Of a stretch of 64,000 nucleotides of DNA, positions 30,031 to 41,147 are shown in pieces. The notes below the pieces were generated by a model, which saw only the letters and a program-made list of their open reading frames with translations, was not told the origin of the DNA and made no database searches. A program made the translations under genes and the position numbers. The DNA is from Candidatus Woesebacteria bacterium RIFCSPLOWO2_01_FULL_39_23 (GTDB taxonomy: Bacteria; Patescibacteriota; Microgenomatia; UBA8517): contig MGHG01000009.1 of assembly GCA_001793095.1 (NCBI GenBank), positions 221,849-285,848 on the forward strand, written 5' to 3'. Positions within the stretch are counted from its first letter, which is position 1; each line of letters starts with the position of its first letter.

Positions 30031-31443
30031 TTATTTATTATTACTAGAATTCTTTTTATCCGTTGCATCACCAAAAATAAACTTAATATTGTTATCGGAG
30101 AATACGCCCACCCCAACATATGCCAACACTAGTGGTGTCAATGGCATCATCGCTCTTTGGACCGATATATCTACTTGATTCCACGAAGTATTAACAAAAC
30201 TAAATAAGTATGTGCCCAACATAAAATAGACGGACATTCCTAAAATATAAAAAGGAAAGTAAACATGTTCCTTAGTATTTACGCTTTTCTTTAACAACTT
30301 AATTCCCCAAAATCCTAAAGTAATGAAAAATAATGCATAAATCCATTTATAAGCCCAAAATGACCTGGCAAGATAATATACTACTTCCCAAACCCGTATA
30401 AAAGAAAAGTTATTAATACCCCCCATAATTGAACTTGAAATATAATCCTGTTCCGAAGCATATATAAAACCTTTATTCATGAGTGTAATTATTTTCCACC
30501 AGAATTGACCGGATATCGTGACCGTAATTATACCTAACAACAACCTGAGTCTTTCTTTTTTTATTACGAGCATGCTTACTATTAATCCAAGAACATAAAA
30601 TATGTATAATGATTCAAGGTTTCTAACTTGGGTACTTATTATTATTAAAAACAAAGATAATATTAATAAACCCTTTCTTCTTTTGCTTAACCATTCATAG
30701 AAATAAAGAACTCCCAAAACAAAATAATAAACATACGGAACGTTTGAATATTCGATTATCGAAATCTTGAAAAAATAATATGAACTTGCCAATAAGAAAG
30801 TGAGTATACCGGAAACGGAAATATTAATTTTACTTCTTCTCAAAAACTTATAGAAGAGATAAATAAATCCAACATTTAGAACTACATAAACCCATTTTGG
30901 GTTATTTATACCGTCCAAATACGAAATCGCATGTAAATTTGATGTTAGAAGCGGATATGAAAAATAATACAAACCTCCGGATTTAAGCTGGGCTGGTTTA
31001 GAATAACTGGCCAGATCCGTAAGTGTATGTTCTTGGCTAAAATAACGCCCCCTAAAATCGTAAAGCGCAACGGCGTCCCACATATTTACCGGCCATACTA
31101 ATAGTGAGAATGTAATTACAAATTCAATAATAATCGTGACTAAGATAAACAGTGAAGATATTAAATATTTATTTAGGTTTAATTTAAGTAATAAGCATGG
31201 ATTTATGATATTCCGTTTCTTTGTTCTCGGTATCTTCAAAATTATAATAAGTGAGATAATCCAGCAAAATACAATAATAATTAATTTATTTATCGGGGAA
31301 AATACTAAATTTATAGTAATTATGAAATTTACGATTCCAAAACCTACTCCAAACCCCAATATTAACTTTTCTAAAATGTTATATTTTGGAACTAACACTG
31401 AAACCAACAAGCAACCGAAAATTAATATGGATATACTTAACAT
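30031..31443 (-). CDS. Polytopic membrane protein, putative GT-C glycosyltransferase (module A1)
   Basis: 470 aa. WPVNMWDAVALYDFRGRYF...YYFSYPLLTSNLHA loop after about 3 TM helices. It is clearly paralogous to 32537-33931. Confidence 0.45.
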   Translation of the reverse strand: MLSISILIFGCLLVSVLVPKYNILEKLILGFGVGFGIVNFIITINLVFSPINKLIIIVFCWIISLIIILKIPRTKKRNIINPCLLLKLNLNKYLISSLFILVTIIIEFVITFSLLVWPVNMWDAVALYDFRGRYFSQEHTLTDLASYSKPAQLKSGGLYYFSYPLLTSNLHAISYLDGINNPKWVYVVLNVGFIYLFYKFLRRSKINISVSGILTFLLASSYYFFKISIIEYSNVPYVYYFVLGVLYFYEWLSKRRKGLLILSLFLIIISTQVRNLESLYIFYVLGLIVSMLVIKKERLRLLLGIITVTISGQFWWKIITLMNKGFIYASEQDYISSSIMGGINNFSFIRVWEVVYYLARSFWAYKWIYALFFITLGFWGIKLLKKSVNTKEHVYFPFYILGMSVYFMLGTYLFSFVNTSWNQVDISVQRAMMPLTPLVLAYVGVGVFSDNNIKFIFGDATDKKNSSNNK

Positions 31444-31444
31444 T

Positions 31445-32524
31445 TTATTTTCTCAAAATAATCAACCCCTTTTTGCCGCTGTATAAATTTGAATCAGGTG
31501 TATATATATTTGTTTTAATAGATCCGGCATTAAATATCTTAATTGCACTGACATTTAAAGTTAGATCGGGGAATCCTCTTCTCGGTATAGATCCTTCAGG
31601 AGCTAATTCATTGGGGCCTATCAAAAGCGCGTGTGTAATAGTTTCAGAGGGATAATCTGACTTAATATCCTCATCGTTAACCAAAATTCTCGGATAAAGA
31701 AAATACCTCAATACGACCTGACTACCTTCCCACAAAAAGGGTCCAACTACTGCAGGGTGATAAATTACAGAATCTTCAGTAGTATTATTTTTAATAAATA
31801 ACATATAGCTATAAAACGCTCCCCATTTAAATCCCATTTTTTCGTCATAACTCTTTCCTACATATTTCCATGTATTAACAAATTCGGAAGTTAGCGGGCT
31901 TATTAAGTTTGAAATATTTTCGAAACTCAAAAAAAGTATACAAATAAATATCAACAAACTACGGAAGGATAATTTATGTAGGTAAATAAAAAATAAATTT
32001 ATGCTGTTTATTCCCTTATTTAATATTTTTAATACTCTAATACTTATAGCTTTAGGGAAAGTAAATTTGATTCTTAGTTTTTCGTAGTTAATGTGTGGTA
32101 ATTTTTTGATAACAGGCAATTTCACTCTCGAAATTGATATCAGATAAAATATCGAAGTCAGTACGATAAAAATCATATTTTGGTAGTAAACATGGTAAGT
32201 TGAAAAAACATAATTCGAATAATTACTACTTTCTATGTATCCGAAAATTAGATAAAAACTAAAAAATATTGGCGTAGTTACTGCTGCAATAATATTTGCC
32301 ACGTTATTATTATTGCTTTTGAAATAATTCGTATGTGCTGTATTAATAAAATGGGGAATTAAACTTAATACAGAGATTAAAAATATGGGTATATTTTCAT
32401 TTAATCTAAAAATCCCGGGATGAATAAACGTTTCTCCTAAGTAAAAAATATAACTTATTAATAATGTTAAAACATAAACTCTTTTGTAATATTTATTAAA
32501 ATAAACCGGAATTAAATTCAACAT
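31445..32524 (-). CDS. Membrane protein with C-terminal soluble domain, unknown function (module B1)
   Basis: 359 aa with about 5 TM helices and a C-terminal domain of about 150 aa containing VVLRYFLYPRIL. It is paralogous to 33939-35012 (RLVRYFLFPRNL). Confidence 0.4.
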   Translation of the reverse strand: MLNLIPVYFNKYYKRVYVLTLLISYIFYLGETFIHPGIFRLNENIPIFLISVLSLIPHFINTAHTNYFKSNNNNVANIIAAVTTPIFFSFYLIFGYIESSNYSNYVFSTYHVYYQNMIFIVLTSIFYLISISRVKLPVIKKLPHINYEKLRIKFTFPKAISIRVLKILNKGINSINLFFIYLHKLSFRSLLIFICILFLSFENISNLISPLTSEFVNTWKYVGKSYDEKMGFKWGAFYSYMLFIKNNTTEDSVIYHPAVVGPFLWEGSQVVLRYFLYPRILVNDEDIKSDYPSETITHALLIGPNELAPEGSIPRRGFPDLTLNVSAIKIFNAGSIKTNIYTPDSNLYSGKKGLIILRK

Positions 32525-32536
32525 TCTCTATTTATA

Positions 32537-33931
32537 TCAATGTTTGTTTTTAACAATCATTTTTTCTAGCGGGTTACCGATTGCGACAAGTAAATAAGAA
32601 AAAGGGTATATAAATAAACCCGTTCTTGATATCGAGTCAAAAATTTCTTTTCTTTCCTGAAATTCTATACTTACTATCAACGTTCCCAAAAAGAGAACCA
32701 CCATATCCATCATGAATATGGTGGCAGTAATTCTCAAAAAGTCCGATTTAATTACTTTGGACTTATATTGAAGTAGGGAGATTAATCCTACAGTCGACAA
32801 TAATGCAAATAATATTATATTATCCTGTAAAAATAACAAAATTATTTTTATTGCCTCTAACATATACTCGATCTTAAAATTAGCCAGAACTTTTGCAAAA
32901 ATATTAATATTCAAGCTATTTATAAAAAAGCTGTTTGCATATTTAAGCGCAGTGTTTTTCCACAAATATCTTACAAGTAGTGGAAAAAAGATATATGCAG
33001 GAAAATAAATATAACCTTGTTTATTTTTTATAATCCAAAATAACAAAAACAATATATTTACTAAATAGAACGGCTCCACAGATCTCGACCAAATACTACC
33101 ACCCAATAATATTCCGGAAATAAACATTGCTCCAAGCTGACTTCTATTGGATTTGTTAGCCAATATTTCTGAGAGAATAACAGTAGACAAAAAATAATAA
33201 AAAATATATATCAAGTTCGTATACGAAATGATAGCTTGCCGTAAAATATTCGGGGTGAAAATAAATAAATACGTATAAAATATTGCGTAATTACCGGATC
33301 TTTTTTTGATGGTCGAATAAAAGAATAACCCCAATAATATAAAGGTAAGAGGATAAAGAACTTGCGGCGATCTTCCACCCAGTAAATAAATTTGTGCGTG
33401 AAAGATAGAGGTTAACAATGGATAAGAAAAATAATATCCGGGATTATTAGGATCAAATCTATCAAGTTTTGCTAGATCATTAAATAAATATCCCTGTGAC
33501 AATAATCTACCCCTCAAATCGTATAATGCTAAAGCGTCCCAATCAGTTATAGGCCAATATACGGCTATAATTATTATAAATACAAATAATAATGTGGTTG
33601 AAATTAAAATTAATTTATATATTAACTTCTCACTTGAAAAATATTCTTTTAGTCGATATATAAATAATCTCTTATTTTCTATTTTATTTATAAAATTTTT
33701 GCCCCCAAATATTAAGGATAAAATTAAAAAAGCATATGTCGTTAATACAATAAAATTAAAACTCAATGGTCTGTCCAAACTTAATAAAATAAAACTAGTA
33801 AAAGTAATAAAGAATATACCTAATGCAAATCCAATTGATAATATTTCAATAAAACTGCGTTCTGGAATAATACTTAAGGTTAATATTAGTCCCGCGAATG
33901 AAATTAAAAAGATAAAAATTATCCAATTCAT
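32537..33931 (-). CDS. Polytopic membrane protein, putative GT-C glycosyltransferase (module A2)
   Basis: WPITDWDALALYDLRGRLL...YYFSYPLLTSIFHA. This is a paralog of 30031-31443. Confidence 0.45.
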   Translation of the reverse strand: MNWIIFIFLISFAGLILTLSIIPERSFIEILSIGFALGIFFITFTSFILLSLDRPLSFNFIVLTTYAFLILSLIFGGKNFINKIENKRLFIYRLKEYFSSEKLIYKLILISTTLLFVFIIIIAVYWPITDWDALALYDLRGRLLSQGYLFNDLAKLDRFDPNNPGYYFSYPLLTSIFHAQIYLLGGRSPQVLYPLTFILLGLFFYSTIKKRSGNYAIFYTYLFIFTPNILRQAIISYTNLIYIFYYFLSTVILSEILANKSNRSQLGAMFISGILLGGSIWSRSVEPFYLVNILFLLFWIIKNKQGYIYFPAYIFFPLLVRYLWKNTALKYANSFFINSLNINIFAKVLANFKIEYMLEAIKIILLFLQDNIILFALLSTVGLISLLQYKSKVIKSDFLRITATIFMMDMVVLFLGTLIVSIEFQERKEIFDSISRTGLFIYPFSYLLVAIGNPLEKMIVKNKH

Positions 33932-33938
33932 TTATTTA

Positions 33939-35012
33939 TTAATTTAATTTAATTAATCCGTAAGAACCCGCATTATATCCATCTGAAGGTATATATTCAT
34001 GTGTAATGTATTTCACACGCTTAGAATTTAAGTCGAAATAATAAACAGAATCCGCTTCTATTGAAAATTTCGGCCATCCATAATCGTCACTATTAGCGGG
34101 TGGGAATCCTTCATTACCCCACGCAATCATCACATAATCTACGACGTTACGCCATTCCGGATTTTCCTCATAATAAAGATTTCTGGGAAATAAAAAATAT
34201 CTCACTAATCTCTGATTACCTTCCAGCTGCCAAGGATTTTTCTGTGGTGGCATTAATATATTTGAATCAGGCGGAGTATGTACCTTGATCATCTCCATGT
34301 AATTATAAAAATTACCGTAAGATGCATAAAATTTATATTCAGTTTTTTGCGGATAACTCATTGACAAATTTTTCAGAATTGGCGCAGAGTTTTTTATCAT
34401 ATAGTCAAATAGATTTACACTATTGTCCGACGACACAAAAAGCAGCAATGAGATAAAAAATATTTCTGAAAAAAAAATAGCCAGAGAAGTAATATTGATC
34501 AGTTTTAAATCGCTAAATATTTTATAATAATTTTTATTAATTTTTAAGTGTAGTGTTGGTTTATGTATAGAAATAAATCTTAAACGTAAACCTTGACTTT
34601 TTATAACATTACATAGAACTAAAATGCCGCTAAATATCACTATTCTATTATAATTTTCAGGTTGAATATGCAAAGTCGAAAAAATATAGTTTGGATAATG
34701 GTTGGCTTCTATTATATTCATAAGTACCGAGATTAAGAGTAATACGGGAAAAAGAAGACTGTTAGCGTACAAAAAGATTGTTGGTAAAAGGGCGGTTCCT
34801 TTCTGTTTGGCATGACCATAAAATGTGTCTACAATACCGAAACCTGCGGCAATAATTATTAACAAGGTTGTATCAATATATAGATTTTTAAATAAAAAAC
34901 CTCTATAAGTAAAAGATTCAACAATTAAACTAAAAAAAGTGATTGTTGATAAAAAAGGGAAGATTTGATTAATATATCTTGTCAAATTCTCAAACTTAAT
35001 AGGTTTTAACAT
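33939..35012 (-). CDS. Membrane protein with C-terminal soluble domain, unknown function (module B2)
   Basis: Paralog of 31445-32524, with the same TM-then-soluble-domain layout and a shared RYFL(F/Y)PR motif. Confidence 0.4.
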   Translation of the reverse strand: MLKPIKFENLTRYINQIFPFLSTITFFSLIVESFTYRGFLFKNLYIDTTLLIIIAAGFGIVDTFYGHAKQKGTALLPTIFLYANSLLFPVLLLISVLMNIIEANHYPNYIFSTLHIQPENYNRIVIFSGILVLCNVIKSQGLRLRFISIHKPTLHLKINKNYYKIFSDLKLINITSLAIFFSEIFFISLLLFVSSDNSVNLFDYMIKNSAPILKNLSMSYPQKTEYKFYASYGNFYNYMEMIKVHTPPDSNILMPPQKNPWQLEGNQRLVRYFLFPRNLYYEENPEWRNVVDYVMIAWGNEGFPPANSDDYGWPKFSIEADSVYYFDLNSKRVKYITHEYIPSDGYNAGSYGLIKLN

Positions 35013-35018
35013 AATAAT

Positions 35019-35807
35019 TTACACCTTCTTAAGCCAAACGTAGAAGCTCGCGCAAAATAATCCAGGGGATAACGACACCATGTTTTCTCTTAATTTTTTT
35101 GGGATAAGAAAATTAATAGTTTGCCACAAAGTTTTTAGTATCGTTAATTTGGTTTTATTTTCTCCAGTCTGCTCTAAGTATTCAATCGCCAATTCGGGCT
35201 GACTATAATGATTCAGCGTACCAAAATCAAAATATTTTTTTTCAATTTTAAAACCACTAGTTTCTACAAACTTTTGAAAACCAGCCCATGTAAAAAATAT
35301 TTTATGCATGTAGTCCCAGTCGTTAAACACCTTGGTATGATCATGCAGTGTTGTTTTCCAGACAATACCCTTACCTAGTAATATCCTTATCCTCATTGGT
35401 AAATAAAAATGGTTTGGAACATTTATAACAGCGTATCCGGTTCTCTTCAGGCTTAGCTTAATGTGGTTCATTAGGATTTTGGGTTCGTATAAATGTTCCA
35501 AAATATCTTTAGCTACAATTATGTCGAAATATTTTTCCTTTAATTTGAAGGGTTTATTCAAATCCTGCTTTATTATTTTGATACCCAATTTCTTGCAAAC
35601 ATTAATAGACTCTTTGGAATAATCAGTTCCCCAAACTTCATTATTCCCAAGAAGAAACTTAACATCCCTTGCTGTTCCTATGCCAAAAATCAATATTTTC
35701 TTTCCTACAATACTTTTACCCTTTGTAATTTTGAAGTCTGGTAAATCTAAATCGTGGTAGACTTTGTGAGTATAAATATCATTATAAAACCTTTCTTGAT
35801 TGTTCAT
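35019..35807 (-). CDS. Class I SAM-dependent methyltransferase (putative)
   Basis: KKILIFGIGTARDVKFLLGNNEVWGTDYS (a motif I-like glycine-rich loop) and DIIVAKDILEHL. Confidence 0.55.
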   Translation of the reverse strand: MNNQERFYNDIYTHKVYHDLDLPDFKITKGKSIVGKKILIFGIGTARDVKFLLGNNEVWGTDYSKESINVCKKLGIKIIKQDLNKPFKLKEKYFDIIVAKDILEHLYEPKILMNHIKLSLKRTGYAVINVPNHFYLPMRIRILLGKGIVWKTTLHDHTKVFNDWDYMHKIFFTWAGFQKFVETSGFKIEKKYFDFGTLNHYSQPELAIEYLEQTGENKTKLTILKTLWQTINFLIPKKLRENMVSLSPGLFCASFYVWLKKV

Positions 35808-35812
35808 TATAT

Positions 35813-36574
35813 TTACTGTTTTTTTTTAAATAACACACAGACAGAGCCTCCCATTTGGTTAACCAAAGGTATCTTTGCCGCAACCCGTTCTAAAATAAAA
35901 TCGATTTTTCTCTTAAAGTCAAAGGGAAATACTTTAATGGGAATTATATATTCTGATGTACTAATATTTATTTTCACAAAATTTTTCAATATACTCTGGA
36001 TGGTCAACGGATTAATGGCCCATTCACCGGGTGAATCACCAATTATCCTCTTCAGAAGTGGCGTCGATTTAATAAGAAAAACTATTGGGTTGAGTAAATT
36101 GGGCTCATAAAAGAAAAGTAACCCACTCGGTTTCAATACCCGGTAAGCTTCTTTTCTAAATTTTTCCAAATCAAGGTGATGCAGAACATAAAATCCAAAC
36201 AAAACATCGATAGATTCTGTCTTCAGGCCAGTATCATACGCACTCTTTGCAATAAATTTAACATTTTTATGTTTAGCACATTTTCTTTTGGCGATTTCTA
36301 AAATTTGAGGCGAAATATCCAAACCATATATTGAACTCTCGGGAAAAGATTTCGCAATATGACGGGTATACTCTCCGGTTCCACAACCTATTTCTAGTAT
36401 CTTAATGCTCTTATTGTTGCTTCCAAAATTTCGGATAGCATCTATTATCTTTTTACTCTTTTTATTAATTTTATATTTTGTGAAGGGATCCATATATCCA
36501 TAGTTAACATCATAAGAATTAGCTAACATATCGAAGTGCTCCCTTTCAGTTTTTTCTCCTATTGTTATTTTCAT
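35813..36574 (-). CDS. Class I SAM-dependent methyltransferase
   Basis: KILEIGCGTGEYTRHIAKSFPESSIYGLDISPQ and VLFGFYVLHHL. Confidence 0.75.
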   Translation of the reverse strand: MKITIGEKTEREHFDMLANSYDVNYGYMDPFTKYKINKKSKKIIDAIRNFGSNNKSIKILEIGCGTGEYTRHIAKSFPESSIYGLDISPQILEIAKRKCAKHKNVKFIAKSAYDTGLKTESIDVLFGFYVLHHLDLEKFRKEAYRVLKPSGLLFFYEPNLLNPIVFLIKSTPLLKRIIGDSPGEWAINPLTIQSILKNFVKINISTSEYIIPIKVFPFDFKRKIDFILERVAAKIPLVNQMGGSVCVLFKKKQ

Positions 36575-36610
36575 GAATTAATTATTTCAATTTCAATACT
36601 ATCACCAAAT

Positions 36611-37552
<942 letters not shown>

Positions 37553-38560
37553 CTATACCTTTTTATTTATGCCTACTTTTTTAAAATCTGAATTGAGCAT
37601 GATTTTTACTAGTTCTTTAAACGTAACATTTGGTTTCCATCCAAGTTTTCTTTTTGCTTTTGAAAAATCGCCTTGTAAGGCATTAACCTCAGTCGGTCGT
37701 AAATATCTCTCATCAAATCTGACGTGTCTTTTCCAATTCAATCCTGAAAGTGAAAACGCCAGTTCAACAAATTCTTTTACGCTGTGCATCTCACCCGTAG
37801 CAATTACAAAATCATCGGCTTTTTTTTGTTGCAGCATCGTCCACATTGCCTTAACATATTCCGGCGCATACCCCCAGTCACGCTTAGCTTCTAAATTTCC
37901 CAAATAAAGCTTATCCTGATTACCAACCAAAATATTAGCGATAGCCATCGTTACTTTTCGAGTTAAAAAAGTCTCTCCCCTTCTTGGGGATTCGTGATTA
38001 AATAGAATTCCGTTTACCGCAAAAATACCGTAAGCTTCCCGATAATTTCGTATGGCTTCACAAGCCATAACTTTCGCAATAGCGTAAGGACTGCGTGGTA
38101 AAAAAAGTGTACTTTCGTTTTGTGGTGGAGGTGAAGCGCCGTACATTTCGCTGCTCGAGGCCTGGTACAGTTTAGTATTCAGTTTAAGGTCTCTAATAGC
38201 ATTTAAAATTCTTAGCACACCCATACCTGTAACATTCAGCGTATACTCCGGTAAATCGAAACTTACTCTGACGTGACTTTGGGCGGCCAAATTATAAATC
38301 TCATGAGGTTGAATAGTTTCCAACAATTTATAAATAGTACTACCATCCGCTATGTCTCCGTAATGTAAAAATAGCCTTGTTCCCCTTTCGTGTGGATCTC
38401 GGTAAATATGATCAAGCCTCGAGGTGTTGAAAGTACTCGAGCGGCGGATTATCCCATGTACTTCGTAATCTTTACGGAGCAAAAGTTCGGCCAAATATGA
38501 ACCGTCCTGGCCGGTAATTCCAGTTATAAGAGCTTTTTTACGTTTTATGGTCTTAACCAT
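37553..38560 (-). CDS. gmd: GDP-mannose 4,6-dehydratase
   Basis: [45 protein letters not shown]...LHYGDIAD...[13 protein letters not shown], the classic Gmd signature. Confidence 0.9.
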   Translation of the reverse strand: MVKTIKRKKALITGITGQDGSYLAELLLRKDYEVHGIIRRSSTFNTSRLDHIYRDPHERGTRLFLHYGDIADGSTIYKLLETIQPHEIYNLAAQSHVRVSFDLPEYTLNVTGMGVLRILNAIRDLKLNTKLYQASSSEMYGASPPPQNESTLFLPRSPYAIAKVMACEAIRNYREAYGIFAVNGILFNHESPRRGETFLTRKVTMAIANILVGNQDKLYLGNLEAKRDWGYAPEYVKAMWTMLQQKKADDFVIATGEMHSVKEFVELAFSLSGLNWKRHVRFDERYLRPTEVNALQGDFSKAKRKLGWKPNVTFKELVKIMLNSDFKKVGINKKV

Positions 38561-38573
38561 ATATCGTTAATTT

Positions 38574-40031
38574 CTAATATCCAATAAATTGTCTGGCTTT
38601 AATCTCGTACGCATCGGCAGATACATAATCATTACCATAATATACCCTAAAATTTCCAGGATAATATACATAAAAATAATTCTGGTCCGACAATGTTGTC
38701 CTAATAATCTGAGATGGTTTCCAGGGTAAATCCAAATCCTCAGGAGTATCAATAAACACAATTTTATCGTATTTAGTAAAAATATCTCCATTATTCTGAA
38801 AATAAGCATTGACTCTTTTTGCGGTTTTTTCACCTTGAGTTATCCAGTTTGTTTCAGACGTTAAATTTAGAGTAATAAAAGAAAGAAAAAACCAGACGAT
38901 TAAATAAATAGCAGATTGCAGTTGGGAGCTGGTAGATAGAAGAAACGCAATAACAATAACAAAACCAACTAGGGGAAGAGTCAGATAAAAGGTAAACTTG
39001 TGGAGAGGAAGGAAGAGAACTGGAGTGAGAGAAACAAGGAAGAAGAATGCCGAATATAGAATGGTGAATAATGAATTATGGGTAAAAAACTTTTTGAAAT
39101 TTGTTACAAGCATATAAACTAAAAGTGTGATCTCAATTATAAATAAAATACATATCGGGATCATGTAGTCTGACCAGAATTTAAATAAGTTAGGATTGAT
39201 ATGAAATCCAGGACCTATAAAATCAACAAGCATCTCGGGAACATTCAAAGACCATGAGCCATACCAGAAAATTGTATTTACAACTCTCGGGGAAAAGTCC
39301 CAAATGTATGAATCACCGGATGCAAAACCATAATGAAAAATACGGAAGTACAGGTAGGCAGCAAGTAGTAGGAAGTAAGGAAACATTAATTTAAGAGCAG
39401 TAGATAGGGAAAGTTTTCTTTCAACTTCCGGTTTTTTTGCATACTTTAAATATATAAATGTTATTAGTAAAAGGAACGGGGTAACTATAGCGGTTTCTTT
39501 TGAAGCAAGGGCCAGGATGAAGGTAATAAGCGATAAGTAATAAGTTATAGGGTGATTTTGTTTCAGGTATTTAATTAGTAAAATAACCGACAGCAAAACA
39601 AATATCGTGTAACCGAATTCCTGAGTTGAAAGGGAGTATAGTCTGCCGAAATTCGTTGCCGACGTCATATATAAAAAAACAGACATATTAGCCATTTTCC
39701 TCGTTAAACCCAATTCTGTAACTAATTTATAGATCAGATAGCCTGTAATGAGAAATGCCGCAAACATTATAATCCTTAAGGGTATCGGGCTTAAATTAAA
39801 TAACCAAGCTAGGGTAAAAAAAACTTGTGTCGTCAGAGGTCTAAAGTGGGTAAAGCCCTGATGCGCCCTGGTAATATCAAAGTAAGAAAGAAAATTTCCT
39901 AATGTTGAAGGTTTGCTGATATTTAGAACGAAAAAATCATCATTTGTGTAAAAATAGTTGAATGAAGGGTAAAATAAAATAAGTGTTGAAATAACTATAA
40001 TTAAGGACCAAAAATATTTTCTCTTAAACAT
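38574..40031 (-). CDS. Polytopic membrane protein, putative GT-C glycosyltransferase
   Basis: 485 aa. A YTNDDFFVL acidic motif follows TM1, then about 11 TM helices and a C-terminal soluble domain. Confidence 0.45.
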   Translation of the reverse strand: MFKRKYFWSLIIVISTLILFYPSFNYFYTNDDFFVLNISKPSTLGNFLSYFDITRAHQGFTHFRPLTTQVFFTLAWLFNLSPIPLRIIMFAAFLITGYLIYKLVTELGLTRKMANMSVFLYMTSATNFGRLYSLSTQEFGYTIFVLLSVILLIKYLKQNHPITYYLSLITFILALASKETAIVTPFLLLITFIYLKYAKKPEVERKLSLSTALKLMFPYFLLLAAYLYFRIFHYGFASGDSYIWDFSPRVVNTIFWYGSWSLNVPEMLVDFIGPGFHINPNLFKFWSDYMIPICILFIIEITLLVYMLVTNFKKFFTHNSLFTILYSAFFFLVSLTPVLFLPLHKFTFYLTLPLVGFVIVIAFLLSTSSQLQSAIYLIVWFFLSFITLNLTSETNWITQGEKTAKRVNAYFQNNGDIFTKYDKIVFIDTPEDLDLPWKPSQIIRTTLSDQNYFYVYYPGNFRVYYGNDYVSADAYEIKARQFIGY

Positions 40032-40803
40032 TTTTAACTACCATTTTCCTTCCCCAATTATGAATAAAGTGAAGGGCAAGTACAAAAGGATTATTAGTGT
40101 GTAGTTTAACTATCTTCCAATCCTCACTCAGCGTTTTGTCAAACTCGTCCTTAGAAAAACTACGTTCAGGTATTCTAAAAGAAGAAAGGTATTTATTAAT
40201 TACTGCCGGCATCTTTGATCGTCCCACACGAAGCCACAATTCATACTCCATAATAAATCTTGTGTTACCTCTGAAAAGCCCATATTTTTCGAAAACCTTG
40301 GTACTCATAAAAACGGAGGGTTGCATAAGGTAGTTAACCATTAAAAGCAATGGGTAATAATTGATCATTAATAATAAATTTTTATAAGTAGTAATATGTC
40401 TTGTTATTTCCCTTCCTCCACCATCAATAACCCTGCCTCTTCCTGCCAGCCATATTGTGTTGGGATTGGTCCTGAAATACTCACCCACAATACGCAAAGA
40501 TCCTTTTTCATACACGTCATCGGCATTAATAAAAGCAAGTAGTTCTCCTTTGGCCTTACTAAGACCTTTGTTAATTGCGTCTAGCTGCCCATCGTCTTTC
40601 TCTTTATACAATTTAATAACATTATGGTATTTTTTTTCATATGTACGAATTATTTCCAGACTGCCATCAGTTGAACCGGGGTCCTGGATAATAACCTCAA
40701 GATTAGGATAATTTTGCCGTATAATTGATTCGAGCGTTTCACCTATATACTTGACTTTATTATATGAAGGAATAACTATGGAGATCTTCGGAAGTAATTT
40801 CAT
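40024..40803 (-). CDS. Glycosyltransferase family 2
   Basis: ISIVIPSYNKVKYIGETLESIIRQNYPNLEVIIQDPGSTDGS. Confidence 0.8.
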   Translation of the reverse strand: MKLLPKISIVIPSYNKVKYIGETLESIIRQNYPNLEVIIQDPGSTDGSLEIIRTYEKKYHNVIKLYKEKDDGQLDAINKGLSKAKGELLAFINADDVYEKGSLRIVGEYFRTNPNTIWLAGRGRVIDGGGREITRHITTYKNLLLMINYYPLLLMVNYLMQPSVFMSTKVFEKYGLFRGNTRFIMEYELWLRVGRSKMPAVINKYLSSFRIPERSFSKDEFDKTLSEDWKIVKLHTNNPFVLALHFIHNWGRKMVVKNV

Positions 40804-41147
40804 TTTGTTTTCTTGGATTTATCAGCATTTTTTATTGCATCACGTCGGATAAATTCCTCAAATTTATTTTCATACTTTCGGGTCTTCACATATATCCTCG
40901 CTACCATAAATATCACCAAAATAAACCCGCCCACCACCATCAAATCAAACAACCTAGTAATAAAAAATGTTCTTGCAAATGTCCTTAATATTTGAGGAAA
41001 AATAATAATTAACGCCGTTAATATCCATATTGTAAACCAGGAATAAAACTCAAGAGCATCAATATCGCGTCTTTTAAAATGCAGCAGTGCAAAATAAATC
41101 ATTGAAAAAGCGAAAAGTAAGGCAATTATTTGCAGACCAAATATCAT
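40800..41147 (-). CDS. Small membrane protein, DUF2304-like (partner of polyprenyl-phosphate sugar synthase; GtrA-like role plausible)
   Basis: 115 aa with 3-4 TM helices and a basic C-terminus. It is translationally coupled (ATGA overlap) to the DPM1-like GT2 upstream. Confidence 0.5.
   Translation of the reverse strand: MIFGLQIIALLFAFSMIYFALLHFKRRDIDALEFYSWFTIWILTALIIIFPQILRTFARTFFITRLFDLMVVGGFILVIFMVARIYVKTRKYENKFEEFIRRDAIKNADKSKKTK

Noticed and set aside
38567-38833. 88-aa minus-strand ORF overlapping the 3' end of the 38574-40031 membrane-protein gene in another frame
   Set aside because: It overlaps a longer, motif-supported ORF on the same strand. It is an alternative-frame artefact.
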